A stretch of 64,000 bases of DNA, from assembly GCF_009914755.1 (NCBI RefSeq), contig NC_060925.1, one strand, 5' to 3'. Made by a program: the position numbers and the translations under genes. Positions 37,926 through 53,700 of this stretch are shown piece by piece. The notes below the pieces were generated by a model, which saw only the letters and a program-made list of their open reading frames with translations, made no database searches and was not told where the DNA came from. Source of the stretch: the human T2T-CHM13v2.0 reference genome, Homo sapiens. Within the stretch, counting starts at the first letter, position 1. Each line of letters opens with the position of its first letter.

Positions 37926-40900
37926 TAGTTTATTGAATAGTTTTCTATTGAGTACCTACTGTGTGCAAAGTCATTTGTGTTATAAATTCAATCCCTATCT
38001 TACACAAAATGTTTGGGTTTATTTTGTTTAGTCTCAATATCATGTGTTACCTTAAGGAAACTGTTGTTTAGTAATCAAAGCAGGACTTTCCAAGTTAGGA
38101 TTTTCCATTTCTGCTCCTGAATACTTTTCTGCAGAGTTACTGAGTAAATAACTGTGGAAAAATTACTTAACCTTCTAATGCATCTATTTGTTTATTTGTG
38201 AAACAGACATATGTACTTATTTTTTAGCAAAGGTTTGTTTTGTTGGTTATTTTTTGTGTGTGTTTTTGGTTTTGAAGTAATTTTCAACAATATTTTATCA
38301 TTCTTGAATGAATGAGAATACTTTCAAAATGTATGACATCTCAAGACTTCTTTTCTTAGAACCAAGAACTTCGCCCATAGGTTTTTTCTTTCTTTCTTTT
38401 TTAATTGCAAAGTGAGTGGCAACACTACTCATGATATGAGATGCCAGAGCTAACATCCAAGAATAGACCAAAGTAGACACAAGATTTTTGTTGTTTGTAG
38501 AAAGTGGGCTCCATTGTTCTAAACTTTTATTCTAAACTTGGCATTCTGAAATGGTTACTATAAGGTTAAAGTCTCTTATCTCCACAGCTTGCTGGACAAT
38601 CACTAAGAGTTTTGTAATGATATAAGGAATTAACTAAACAACTTGTAAAATTTTTCAAAGATAGTGATGAGCCCAAATCAAGAGGTAGAGTTATTTCTCT
38701 ATTCACAGATGCTACACATAGAATAGGTATCAACAGAGACCTTTCAGTTCACAATTTGAGAGTTTGGCAATGGTTGTACTATTACTTGACCAATGCTTTT
38801 CATGTAGTAGCATTAGTAACTATAGTAGCATTTGTAGTTTATGCCTGTGGTGGACGCAAGGATAATTCAAGTTATAACAAGACAATCATTTCTGGAGCCT
38901 AAGTGAGTAACACCTTCCCTGAGTGTGGAGTGTTTAGCCAAGTAAAGTCCGTTATTTTTCTTAAGTGCCCATTACCATTTCACAAGGCTGATTATTTCAC
39001 AAATCACAAGATAACACACAGGAGACCAAGGCTGACTTCTATTATTCTCAAGGGTGCATGTTATTTAGCTGTTATAGTAAAATGATTATGACTTTTATAT
39101 TACCAGTCTAATGACAATATTCATTATTTACCATTCCTTTCTTTAAGATTATAATCAAGTTTCATTTGACCAACCAGTTAACTACATTTGTCAAATATTC
39201 AAATTCATGCATAGGAATAGAAGGAGATAAAGTAATCAGCCCAAGGTAGCTAAGGGACAGAGGCAGAATTCCAATTCATGTGTGTCTGACTATACAAACT
39301 AATAGTTTTCTCATTAAGTTGCTTCCTTGAAGAAGGTATTTGAAAGTTTCTCACACATACTAAGGTTAAAATAAATATAATATTTTTTTCTTTTTTTGAA
39401 AAAAACACAATTTAGTCATGAACTTACAGCTAACTTTGTAGGAAACTGGTCTTTATCCTGTTCCTAGTATGAGTGCCTAATGCCTCCCATCAAGCCATAC
39501 ATCTTTACTGTATGTTACTAAATCAAGATGTCATTCATAGGAAACATTCTTTATAGTCTAAATAAGATTATGCAAATATTCACAAAAAAAGTAGAACTGT
39601 ATGCTTCTCATTCCACCTAAAAATCTCATTTCTATTTAAATAATACCTATGAAATTTTTACATTAATTATTTGTACAAAAAACAAAATATAAGTTTTTGC
39701 TTTTTAAAAATAAACTATTTTTATTACAGTAGAGGATCAAAGAAAATATGTTGCTAATACTGACATGAAAAGGGATTGAATCATGGGTTAAAGAGAGGAA
39801 ATTAAAGGTGGAGGTATGGCTTTGCAGGCTAATTGGTACCTAACGTCTGAGGACTTTTGTTTTTGATGGTAATACTGCTAAAATTTTGCAAGAAGGGTTT
39901 CAAATTTAAGAAACTGGAATGAAACTCTGTTATTTCCTTTCTAAACTGCCTGTTCTACCTCTCAGTACAGAAGCTGATAAAAGCAAAGGGCATCCTAGTG
40001 GGATACTTATACTCGTTTTTTTTTTTCTTTTTTTTTTTTTTTTGTCCTGGACCTACTCAAATGTATACCAGAATAAAAACTACCATTTCTGAAGTCTTAT
40101 GATAGTATATTACTAAGTTAGTTAGCATCTAGAAGCTTATGTAGGATAATTAAATTGAAAGAAGAAGAAATTTTATGAGGATTTTATTTTATTTCATTAT
40201 TTGAATGGTTGTAGAATGGTGGGGAAGCATCTCTTGTGGTTAATATATGTAAAACAAAACTAATTTTAAGGTAATTTAGGCAGGTCCAGTTTTCAGAGCC
40301 ATAGCAAGAACAGAAGGTAGACTTTTTTTTGTAGACTGATAGCCTGGACGCGAGGATGATGGTGTACTCATTTCATATGTAATTCACCTGCTTCTCAAAT
40401 AAACTGAATACTGTCTTAAAAAAAAAAAAAACAACCATTTCAATCAACATTAATATGGTATGAATGTTAATTTTTAAGCGTTTTCATATTTCAAATGTAA
40501 AGCCTGAAAGCAATAACTATGATGAAACGTAGTGAAAGGGTTGTTCTACAAAATTCCATAGAATTGCCCAAACTTCTACAATTTTAGTCTATTAAGTTTC
40601 TTTCTGGCAATTAACAGAAATCTGGATTCTTATATTAAACCTATATAAGTAAAGTCATAGAGTAGTAACTAAAAATTGGAATTCATAAATCATGTTGATA
40701 GGTTTTATTTTAAAATTTAAAAATATTATTTATATACTTCCACATGCATTTGGTATTTAAATTGCCATTAATCCGATTAATCATGGCAGATTCCCAATTC
40801 CAAAATGTCCCAAAGAAATAGTAAAACTTATGCAAGCAGTATGTCAAAGTGAAATCCATCCTTAGGTCAGAACAGCTATAACTAACTCTTTTAATTTTTT

Positions 40901-42407
40901 TTTAATTTGATTAAACATCAGACTAATTAGAGCATATTATTCTGATTAATTTTCTTCAAGATTTATTAATTTGTGTAACACCTAAGATCTTTCATAAGAA
41001 GATCACCTTGCCCATTAACATGTTAACAGTCTGGAGCCAGAGTCTTCCAAAATTTTTAAAAGTAAATTGATAAATAATTGTTCTTGGTCTGCACTCTGCT
41101 ATTATAAGAGTTCTAAGTTGCTTTTACTTTTACTTCTCAACTTTAGATTTTTTATCCGTGTCATGACCCAAGTGGTTTTGAGTGAGTAAAGGTAATGCTG
41201 TATTTGGAAATGAGCTAACCACTTGAGATAATATACTCCCAAACGGCCAAGGGAGTCTTTATTCTCTGTGGGTACCTTTCAAGCAATCTGGAATGACAGA
41301 AAGTATTTTTGACTCAGTGGCCATAGAAAAATATTAAGCAAAACCTCTATCTGAAAAGCAAGAAGAGTGAGAAAGATAGTCTTTTATATGATACATAAAA
41401 AATGATTTGCTTTCCTTTATCTCCACTAAGGTGACAGACACCTGCTCACTTTTCTTTTAATTAATTGACAGATTTATCATAAATCAATACTTTCTAATGG
41501 ATGAAAATTCTTCACTATGGTTGTTGGGTTAATAATTTGAGACCGTCTTTCAGATGCATTGAAATAAATATATTCTATTATTTTCAATTTATTGGAAAAG
41601 TAAACAAAACATTGTATTTTTTATATAAATTGACCTAATGCTAAGTTAAAAATGCAAATCACTAAAAGGAAACAAACAAAACAATTAAAACCTGGAATTG
41701 AAAGTAAAAGCCTATTTTTCAATATAATGTATTCATTAGGAATATTCCAAACTCTTAAGTACCCATTATATCATTAATATAAAAATATTGGCTACCTAAG
41801 TACAAATATTGTGGACATAATTCTTGGCTATTTGACCATGGCACATTCTTATTCTCAAGTAGAGGTGGCCATTTTTCACAAGGTAGGTGTTCTTATTCAG
41901 ATGGAAACTGAAAACTAAACCCTCAAGAATTCTCAACAATAATCATTCCTTACTTTTGAAACCTTGAACTCTGTTACAGCACTATGGATGATAACAAAGA
42001 AAATTATTTCCTAATCCACTTACTAGCTACTTGACCTTGAGCAAATCACTTGCCTTCATGATTCTAAGTTGCTTCAACAGTGATATGAGGAATGTTGAAT
42101 TAGAAAATCACCAAGGTCTTTTTACCTCTTGAAAATTCTATAAATCTATGATTCTAAAATTTGCTATTCAATTTACCCTCTACCTAAACTTTTCTTTTAT
42201 GGCTTAAAGTTTAATTTATTTTCATTCAGACTCTGATCATTACAGCAACAAGATTTTCTCAGATATTTAAGAGGCTGAGGAGACACAATTTATTATAAAT
42301 AGATACTGGTTATGTATAATATTCTTAACAAGAGATAGCAACTTAGCTATTTCATGGTTACTTTCTTTTTCCCAATTCAGGACTAATTCAGGTGTTTAGA
42401 ATAACTT

Positions 42408-42600
42408 TAAAAAAAATAGACTATGTTTAGAGCAGTGTCAGGTTTACAGAAAAATCGAGTAGGATGTACAGAGAGTTCCCATAAACTCCCTTTACCCCTC
42501 CTTCCCAGTCTCTCTTAGTAACATCTTATGTTAGTATAGTGCATTTGCTCTACAACTGATAAAGGAATATTGGTACAGTTTTGGTAACTAAAGTCCATGA
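42408..42600 (-). mobile_element. L1MC-type 3' end fragment
   Basis: tagagcagt...ggtttacagaaaaat...gtacagagagttcccata motif. Confidence 0.75.
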
Positions 42601-43860
42601 TTTTGAAAGTTGATATTCAATCTATTCTCTATCTAAACTTTTTGAGTACTTATGTGTTAAACACTTTTCTGAATGTTTTACAAGTACTAACTCATTACAT
42701 CCTCACAAAATCATTATCAGGTAAGCTATATTATGATGCCTACTTTATAAACAATCTGAAACACAGACAGCTAATTTGTGATAAAATTAGAATTTTAATC
42801 CAGGTAGTAAAATCTGTGTATTTGACTACTCTACTAACTATGTCTAGATTTCTCCAAAGAAGTGTTTTGTGAAATATTAATTCTCAAAATTACTGAAAAA
42901 AACAGGGCTTATGATCTATTGGTTATGACTTTTTCAATGTTAAATGACCAAAAATTATTTAAAGTAATTTTTAAATTAACTAAAATAATTAAATTTTAAA
43001 TAAATTAAAATTATTTAAATTAATTAAACAAAAATAAAATTTATTAGCTGAAGAAGCCAATATGTTGGTGCAGGTTGGCGAGGTGACTGGTTTTAGGAAT
43101 ATTGACTCAGATTACATCATTATGATTTACCTTGGGCTCCAAGCAGTGAAGGTCATGGAAGCAGCAATTGAGTCCTCATACCCTCTCAGCTTTGCTCACA
43201 ACAGTCACAAACTCTTCCATAAGTCTCAATAAAAATATGTTTGCATCATATTATGTGACATATACTTGTGTCATATTATCTCTGATGGGTTTACATGTTC
43301 ATGTCCAAATCAATCACTATGGCCAGAATCATTTCATAAGCAGACTGGTATTAAGTTGGGGTTCCTAGTAGAATGGCCATCATCAAAATCACATAAATGA
43401 AGACTGGAAATGGTAGTGTTTTCCCAGATAAATACCAGGATGTGGTTACTAAAATTGGTTGATGGCTGTCCACAGATGTCCAAGACAGATAGTTAAGCTT
43501 ATTTTAGAGATAATTCATAATACATTTCTGTCTCAGAAGTTACTGATGCATAAGAGCACATTAAAACCTCCAATAAATTCTGAAATAAAGAAGTTATTTT
43601 AGTTCATTGCTTTCTCCAATCTGTTTGACCATGTAACAAATTATTTAAGCAAAATATATTAACATTCCTTTGAATTATTATTCTGTAGAATATATTTTAA
43701 GGAATGTCACTGAAGGCCCAGATTCTTACTTTCAGAAACTAATCTAATATGTAAGACATACAACAAAATCCTTTGTTCTGTTTTTTTCTGCATCATTGGG
43801 TTACTTAATCTGACTCACATAAATTTTCCTTATATTAGTCAGTATTAAGAATAAAACTCA

Positions 43861-44150
43861 GGCAGGGCACAGTGGCTCATGCTTGTAAACCCAGCACTTT
43901 GAGAGGCCAAGGAGGGAAGATCACCTGAGCTCAGGAGTTCAAGCCAACCTGGGCAACATAATGAGACCTTGTCTCTACAAAAAAATTAAAAATTAACTGG
44001 GCTTGATGGTGCACACCTGTAGCTCCAGCTACTCAGGAGGCTGATGGAGAAGGATCACTTGAACCCAGGAGGTTAAGCCTGTAGTGAGCTAGGATTGCAC
44101 CACTGTGTTACAGCCTGAACAAGAGAGCAAGGCTCTGTCTCAAAAAGAAA
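43861..44150 (+). mobile_element. AluJ-like
   Basis: Diverged dimer. Flanks aaaactca / aaagctca. Confidence 0.93.
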
Positions 44151-44288
44151 AGGAAAGCTCATTAAACATATAATATTCTTAATGATAAAATGCATTAAAA
44201 TTTTCCAGAATGTACCCGTAAAATATTAAAATATGTGATGGAAAGCAGAATCACTAGTTTGAAGATCTGCTTAATTCATATGGAGGTT

Positions 44289-44767
44289 GTATTCATTAGC
44301 TTTTGCAAATTTAAACAAAGATTAGAGATTTAAAGCTACAAATATTTATTATCTGTTAAGATTTTGTGGGTTGGCTAGGGAGTTCTTCTGGACTGAGTCA
44401 AGTCAGCTGGCGGTAGATGGTCTAGGATGGACTCATCCTCTTGCCTGGTATTTGACAGACTAATTAGTCTGCGGTGGCTTATGTCTTCTTCATGTGGTCT
44501 CTCTTGCCTAAGTAGGCAAGCTGGAGCATCTTATATGGCTGTTTCCTGTTTCCAAACACCAATAAATAAGGGCAAGAACCAGAGTGCAAACACTTTCAAA
44601 ACCTCTGCTTTCATCATTTTTGTTTAACAACATCTCAATTGCTAAAGCAAGTTAAAAGATCAAACCTACCTCTCAGTGGAAGAAACTGCAATAGCACATT
44701 GCAAAGGGGCATGTGGAACACGCACGGAGATATGGAAAGAATGAGGCCATTTTTGTTATCTACCACA
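44289..44767 (-). mobile_element. MLT1F/G-type MaLR LTR
   Basis: tgtatt...catgtggtctctc...acattgcaaagggg...atctaccaca termini. Confidence 0.6.
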
Positions 44768-45009
44768 GAGCTCTTAAAATCTGCATTTCCAAATCCTAGA
44801 TTTAGTTCATTAAGTGAACGGGTTAACTAGCTTACATGAACTGCAATATCAAGATATATATTAATATTAAAATAATACATGCATGGAAAATGAAGAAATA
44901 ACCTTTGATTTCTCTGAATACTTCAGTCATGCTTAAACGATTATACCTGTTCAGCAAGATTCAAAAGTATTCATGAGAAAAAATGGTAGAGGTTTTGTGG
45001 CAAGATTCT

Positions 45010-45390
45010 TTTCAAACAGAGTCTATGATGCAGATTTCCATGCAGAAGTTTCATTGATGAGTACCTATTGGAAATACCTGTAAGAAAGTGAGGAAAGCAA
45101 GAATGGGTGAAAAGGGAAATTGAACTGCAAAGAGGTTGAAGTTAAGCCTGGTTCATTCCACAGGGATCTCAGAGTTGAGATGGCCTTTCAGAGTTGTCCA
45201 GAAATAAGGTAAAGAGCTGGTAGTTTATATCCCCCACAACACAAACGCACACTCCAATGAGTCACTGGGTAATGGAAAGATTAGGTTTATCTTTGAGTAA
45301 TTTCTGGGAAAAGACTCAGCAGTGACCCATTAGCAGCCAACACTGCAGGCAACTCAAGAAAGAGACCCTCAGTTCTGAAGAGAAGACCTG
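45010..45390 (-). mobile_element. LTR16-type ERVL LTR fragment
   Basis: tgaactgca...gatggcctttcagagttgtcc...cagccaacact motifs. Confidence 0.55.
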
Positions 45391-45802
45391 AATTCAGCAT
45401 CAATAAAAGATTTTAAGAGATGGATTTCAGCTTAATATAAGAAAAATGTGTTTTAGTGGCAGACGAAACTATTGAATTCTCCTCTTTGGAAGAGTTTAAA
45501 AATCCATTAAATCAACACTTTGTGACCATTTTGTAGAACCAAATTATGGGAGTTTTGACTAGTTGATCTTAAGTACACTCTTCAACCCTGAGATTTTATG
45601 ATTTCTTACTTTCTACAAAGTAAGTTTTAGGATGGTATTAGAATAATTGATAAAATAAAGAACTGCAGTAGATTTGCTGGAATGTATATAAAGCAGCCTT
45701 TTTGAAAAACCTTAAAGAACATAGGTGTTCAGTACTGATGAACTCAAAGTACAGTGTCTCATTTGTTTGGTTCTGTTCGATTAATTTAAAAAGAGCATTT
45801 AG

Positions 45803-46101
45803 GCATAGTGGCTAATGCCCGTAATCTCAGTACTTTGGGAGGCTGAGGCGGTAGGATAATTTGAGCCCAGGCATTTGAGACCAGGCTGGGCAACATAGTG
45901 GGACCCTGTCTCTACAAAAAAATTAAAAATTAGCTGGGTGTGGTGGTGTGTGCCTGTGGTCTCAGTGACATGCGAGGCTAAGGCAGGAGGATCATTTGAG
46001 CCCAGGTGGCAGAGGCTGCAGTGAGTTATGATTGCACCACTGCACTCCAGCCTGGGCAACAGAGTGAGACCCTGTCTCAGAAAAATAAATAAAAATAAAA
46101 T
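45803..46101 (+). mobile_element. AluJ-like
   Basis: Perfect 15-bp TSD aaaaagagcatttag (45788-45802, 46102-46116). Confidence 0.95.
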
Positions 46102-46515
46102 AAAAAGAGCATTTAGTTAAGTAAAGCTCATTTTATCCTGTGTACATTTCATTAATATATACACAGGGACTCTTTCCATTAAATAGCCAAGTGTGGGATT
46201 GAGAAAACATGGCTCCAAGACATCATTGCTTATAAGCATGCCCAGTGACAAAATGAAAATAATATTTCCAGCATCCTCATGAGAAATTTGCAAATTATAG
46301 AGCCATGTATGCACTCTCAAACGTTCAAGATACAGTACTTATGAGCCTATTTGCAATTATGTGTTGACAATCAAACTATTATAATATATGTGAAATTATT
46401 GAGAGGGAGTTTTTACTTTAAAAAACACTGAATTTTTGTAATACTTTTGTAAGGTAAAACCCTTAAATTGTCTCAGAAGTATCTATTTGCAATATATTTG
46501 GTTTACTTTTTGTAA

Positions 46516-46864
<349 letters not shown>

Positions 46865-46900
46865 TGAAACTTTGAAATTTTTAAATAAAAAATTATAATC

Positions 46901-47187
<287 letters not shown>

Positions 47188-47776
47188 AAGAATTATAATC
47201 ATGACGTTTTCTGGAAAAATCTTCTTTTAAATAAATAGTCTTATTATCTACAGAAAAATTAAATATGCTCTAAACCTTAAATGTCTCATCGGAGACTGAA
47301 TCCTCCAATGTGTCTTTCAACATAGAACTGCCTCAAACTATTGTCAAATGAACCTCATAACCTAGTTCCTGATTTGGAATATATGTATGTCACTCACTTC
47401 CAAACAGAAATACTTATAAAGACATTAACTTCTTTGTCTTTTTTAAAAAAAAGTGTTTAATCTTCCATAACCTAAAAGTGCTTAAGTATTTCTCCCTAAG
47501 CTGTTGTATTCAGGTCATGTCTTCATTGCAATACATAAGTTATAATAGTTACATAGGAATACTTAAGTTAATTTTTTCTGTATTATAGAAAAGTCCTGTG
47601 AATAAACTTTTCTGATTTCTGTCAAGTCAGTGAAATACATAAGTATTATGCATTATTATTTCCCTATTCAGTGGTCATTTAAGTGGTGTTAAGAATTTGA
47701 CATTAGTTCTTTGTATATAGAACCAATACTCTTAGAATGTATTTATCACCATGACGAAGACAATAAATCAAAGTTA

Positions 47777-48135
<359 letters not shown>

Positions 48136-48209
48136 TCAAGTTCAGCAGCTTCTTAATTACTATTACTACTCTGCTTTAAAGCAGAGGGAAGAGCAGGTGA
48201 TTTGAGTGG

Positions 48210-48580
48210 AGAGGGAGATTTCAGAGAAAGAATTGTCAAATTTAAAAAATAATGACAAGAGTAAGTTCTGACACTAAGGTAATTCCTATGTTTATAAACC
48301 AAGCTGAGGAGTGGATGAAGGTGCTGATATAAGAAACAAAGAAAGATAAAGGGATCAGGAAAGCATATAAACTAAACTTTGTTATGGAGATTTGAAATAC
48401 CAACGGACCATCTGAGTGGAGATATTTGATATGTAGTTACACAGATGAGTTTGAGATTCAGACAAAATTTGTGTGAAGTTAAATATTTGGAAATCATTAA
48501 CGCACTTGGGAATTATACAGTCCCCCAAAGTATGCCAAGTGAGAAATAAAAGCAAGAAGATTGAGGATGGAACTCAACGA
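48210..48580 (-). mobile_element. L2 fragment (probable)
   Basis: Degenerate L2 motifs gagatttgaaatacc...gagtggagatatttg...atttggaaatcatt. Confidence 0.45.
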
Positions 48581-51500
48581 CTCCTATTTCCATATTATTT
48601 CTTCTGTAGCCTCTTTTACAATAATTCTTTTCTTAAACTCTGAAGAATACCAACATTCTGACACATTTGGGGGCAGGAGACTCTTTTATTGTCTCCCTAT
48701 CACTCTCTCTCCCCCTTCTCTCTTTCTCTCCTCTCTTCTCTCTCTCTCTCTCTCCCTCCCTCCTCTTTTATTCTCATTGAGTTGACAGAATACATTGCAC
48801 TCAAGAATCACATTTAGAAGGACAAGAATCAGAACTACATTTTGCTTTATCTTTCCCCATTCAATTTTGATTGCTTTGCAATGAGACAATTGAAAAACAT
48901 CCAGAAATAGAAGAATGTATTCTGTTTCGAAAAAACAAACATACAAAATATATATTCAATTTTTAATTGTTTAGAATTAATAATAAAAAATACAATTAAA
49001 ATATGTGTGGTACTAATGAGTCTAAATTTATATTTGATATTCTGGGGGAATTCTAACCTCTTAACCTTCTTGGACATAGAAACAACAGGAAAACCCTTCA
49101 TGTGGCTGATCCTACTAGCTGAGCTTATGCCTTGGAAGACCTGGAGGACTTTCAAAGCACTGACAAGACACACTGGATTGCACACTGTTGCTACCACACT
49201 TCTTGTCAGGTTCTGCAAAACTTCATCTAGGACCACCTACCACAGTCACATCACTCTGGATGCCACTTTATATTGTTATGTGCAAAATTTCTTACTCATT
49301 ACTAGATGGGGACTGTCTATTCTGCATTGCTGTTTGCCACAGTAAACAAGCATCTACCTGGCTTTTAGAGTGGAATAAGTGTTGACTGTAGTGAGCTAAT
49401 TCTGCAAACAATAAACCATTCTTCTTGAAATAGCAAAAATCATATTCCTTTTGAATTGACACAAGTCCATGGCATAATATGCCATATAAAGATAAGAATT
49501 ACAGCAAAAACTGTTTGGATTTTTGTTTTCTTCTTTAAATAGCTAAATTATGAAAAATTTGAGTTCTATGACATTTTTGTTTATTATTCCTTATTATCAA
49601 GTAATTGATTTATTATCTTTGACTATTTACAGCACCTAGTTCATTAATAGTTATACCTCTATTGATTAACAATTTTTCAAAACTTTTGTTACTTTGGGAA
49701 TGTGAACATAGCCACACATTTTGATAGCACAGATTAAGCAGAAACACAATAAACCCTAGTCATTAAAATGAGAAGTCATCATTTATTAACAGAAAATGTG
49801 TGTTAAGCACGTATTTGTATTGTTTCTTATGCTGATTTTCAAGCAGATAATTATAATAACTAGGCTGGGTCTTCATTGATCTGTGTTACATGGATTTGAT
49901 CAATTCATTGCTAAAGCAGTAATTTTGAACAATACCATTGCTAAGTACTTAGTCATCAATATAGGGTTGAATAGTTCATCTGACAGTTTTGTCTTAATTA
50001 CTAAAATGTCTTTCTGACCAGTTCAATTGGACCATTTATAAGGTAATCAATTGTTTTAGTATTGATTTGTAAATGACATATCCAGGAAATCACATAAATC
50101 TAGTGTCAGGCGCTTAAGAATATAACGCAGATGTACATTTAGTCATCTGTGCCCTGCTTCACAATGTACTAGTGCATAAATAACTCTAAAAAAAACAAAA
50201 GTTGTAGTCACTCAGTTTGACAGTCAAGGTTGAAAGTACAATTGGAAGTGGGCCATTTTTTTTTTTTTTTTTTTTTTTACTTAGATGCATATAAAAGAAT
50301 TTGGATGAAAACTCCAGGGATAGAAATTTACATTTTTCTAGTTTGGCATGGAAATTCAAAATTAATTCCAAAACTGAAAAATTGCATGTGTCTAAACCTA
50401 TATTTAGTTCACAGCAGTTTAGATGCCCTCTCATAAACCATTTATTTGCCTATTTTATTAAATGTTAAGTACATTTGACTATAACTAACTGATGAAGAAA
50501 TAAAGAAAAATAAATTTTACATTTCTACTTAAAATTTTATTTATATTATCAGGAAAAATATTACATATTAAATATTCTTAGGGCATGGGAAATTATAAAA
50601 AGCATAAGGGCAATACAAGTCCATTAAAGCGCTTTTCTTAATTTAAAAAAACCCTCTTAAGAATATTATTCTTCCAACCTGAAATAGTCAATTAAAATTC
50701 TAGCGAGCATTAAAAAAAATTCTTTCTCTGTGCAATAACAGGAGAAGAGAAGAGCTCTGGATAGATATGTACCGAAATATTTTTTAAAGTTTGTAAGTTT
50801 ATTTCTGGGAAGAGGAAAGGTTATGCAAGTTCTTTATGTATTGCTTCTATGTTTTTGTATTTTTGGGTTTTTTAACAATGAAAATATATTAAAACATAAT
50901 CAGAAAAAGAAACTATTGAAGTGTTAATAAAACAATAATTAGATAAATGATAATTTCCAAAAAATATATCTTTATAACATTAACTTGCATTCTTTTTCAA
51001 AATTGCTTGATGTTTTCCTTTGCAATTTCCCTGGGAAATAAATAAGGTAAATCTCATTTAATTTGTCTAGCCACTGCCATATTAACTATTTATCCAGAGT
51101 AGCACTTTGAATTGGAAGAGGACTCAGGTTAGAACTAAAGTATTCAGTATTTATTTCTCCCCAAACATTGATATGAGCATTGTAATAACTTTCACTTTAT
51201 CTTATTGAGTAGTTTATTCTATGATGGCATATCTCTTTTAATACAGTTTTTTATAGTTTTCCTTTGTTATGATTTGTAGCATTTTGAATTATAAAAAAAA
51301 TTGGAAAGGTTTGTGAGAGGTCATTAAATTCTAGGCACAGAAAATATACAGAGGAATCATTTGGAAGGTGTGCCTTGATACACTTTTACTCTGTGGTCAA
51401 TTTATAACTTTCTTGGAAGGTTGCAGTATTAAGGCCAGATAATTTACTTAAAAATATTTTTATTACTTTTGAGAAGATGAGAATTACTGAGACATGAGCA

Positions 51501-52704
51501 TTTTTACAATGCATAAATGTTCAGCTCTATTTTGAAGTATGAGTAGTAGATATAGTAATTGATATTTTTTAAATGCTATTTTTACTTTATCTACAGAAAA
51601 CAACGATGGTAGAACCTAGTAATTCCTGTATTCTATATGTTATTACAGATGGGACACTAACACCACACTAAGTGGTAAATCTTCCCAGTTTAATGTCTGT
51701 ATTGTAAACTTCAGTGGTTCTTAAGTTTATTTTCTCCAAGACTCAAAAATCTCATGAGATAATTATAATGATAAGGTACCTTTTACTCTGAGCTGAGATC
51801 ACATCTTTAGCTGTTTCTATACTCAGCCTTATTGATATAACCAAACAATTTGTGCTCAATAACTCAAATGTTTTTCAGACACGGTTTGACCATTAATCTA
51901 ACAACAGTACTCTATTTTGGGTTTGAATGGTAAGAGAAAAAAAATCTTTAATTAGTACCTATTATGTGCCTGGTGATTCATATTCATTATATTGATTAAA
52001 TCTTAATATAAAATTATGAGATGGGTTTTAAAACCCTAATTTTTCAAATGAAGAAACATGCTCAGTGAGGCGAATTTCCTTATTGTAAGTCTTGTCTATA
52101 GGTAGTGGGGCTATGATATGAGATCAGCTCATTTGTCTTTACAGCTGATGATATTTTCAATATATCAATGTTCCTCAACATAGGGGATACCTCCATCTGC
52201 AACAGAATTGCTAGGGAAACTTCTTAGATGATAAATTCCAATGCTCCATCCCATAGTGGCTGAATCATTTTCTGAATATGGGTCTCAGAAAAATCCAGCT
52301 GAAATAATCACCCCATTGATGCTTACACATCACTGATACACGTGACTACCTTTCAGGCATTGTGCATCCCCTTCCTCAAGCCCTAATACAAACGCATCAC
52401 AGTAGATAATCAAATGACCAAATACTTCTGGGATTTTTTTTTCATTCCTTTTGATTAAGTTTTTAAAAAATGATTATTACTGGAAATCAAGAATTTTCTC
52501 ATAGAGACAGTATAAACATTTCATCAGTGATTAAATGAAGATATAGATAGTATATTGATCAAGCCAATTGCTGACTCTAAGCTGGCTCAACGTGTTGGAT
52601 GAGAGTCAATTACATAATTACATTGGTTTTAACAGAAAGAACAATGAGTTAAGTCAAGTATTAAAAAATGTAGGAGTTAAAAATTGTACCTCAGTAATGA
52701 GGGT

Positions 52705-53071
52705 TGTATTAGTCCATTCTCACACTGCTGTAAAGAACTACCTGTGACTGCATAATTTATAAAGCAAATAAGTTTAATTGACTCCCAGTTCCACAGGCCC
52801 TACAGGAAGCATGGCTGGGAGGCCTCAGAAAACTGACAATCATGGCAGAAGGTGAAGAGGAAGCAATCATGTCTTACCATGGCAGAGCAGGAGAGAAAGA
52901 GCGAGTGAAAGGGGAAGTGCACATACTTTCAAATAATCAGATCTCATGAGAACTCACTATCATGAGACCAGCAAGGGGGAAATCTGTCCCCAAAACTCAA
53001 CCACCTCCCACCAGGCCCCTCCTCCAATTTGACCTGAGATTTGGGTGGGGACACAAATCCAAACCATATCA
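52705..53071 (-). mobile_element. MSTA/THE1-type MaLR solo LTR
   Basis: tgtattagtccattctcacactgct...caatcatggcagaaggtgaa...ggggacacaaatccaaaccatatca. TSD agggt/agggc. Confidence 0.92.
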
Positions 53072-53339
53072 AGGGCTTAAAAGCTGACCACAAATGATCA
53101 GTAGAAAGAAGATAGGGGCTTAACCAAAAGCCATGCAGAAAAAAAGGAGTTTTAAAAATCTATACCGTGGTGTGCTCTCATCATTCCTTCCCTCAACAAC
53201 ACAGAAAACAAAATCCTCAGAAATAAAAATATAATAAAATATAATATAAGTCTTCGGCTTTATTGATAGACTTAATAAAATAAGAAATTACATCTTTTTC
53301 TTTCATTTTGTGCTAGTTGTACTGCTTCTGGAGTTTGGT

Positions 53340-53700
53340 AGATAGTTCTGATATTGCAATTGAATAATGACATTGACAAATTACATTGTATATTAAGATT
53401 ATCCCAAAAGGTGAGGAATGCAATACTATGTCACGTGAGGAATGGGTGAAGACAAAGGGAATGTTTAACCTTAAAAAGAGAAGTCAGGAGGTATATGATA
53501 GCTATCTTTTTAAATTTGACAAGGTTCCTCTATATGAAAGAGATGACATTTTGGCTACAGAGTTTGAAATAAGAACAAGAGTGGAAGCTTTAAAGCTTCA
53601 GATCAAAATAAGGAAGGCATTCTTTTTAGTAATCAGAGGAATTATTAGACACCAGAAACAATAGTATCACTAGAAATCTGCTTGTTCCAAGTATTGTAGT
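53340..53700 (+). mobile_element. L3/CR1 3' fragment
   Basis: gacattgacaaat...tgaggaatgg...ggaatgtttaacct...aagagaag motifs typical of the CR1 ORF2 end. Confidence 0.5.
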
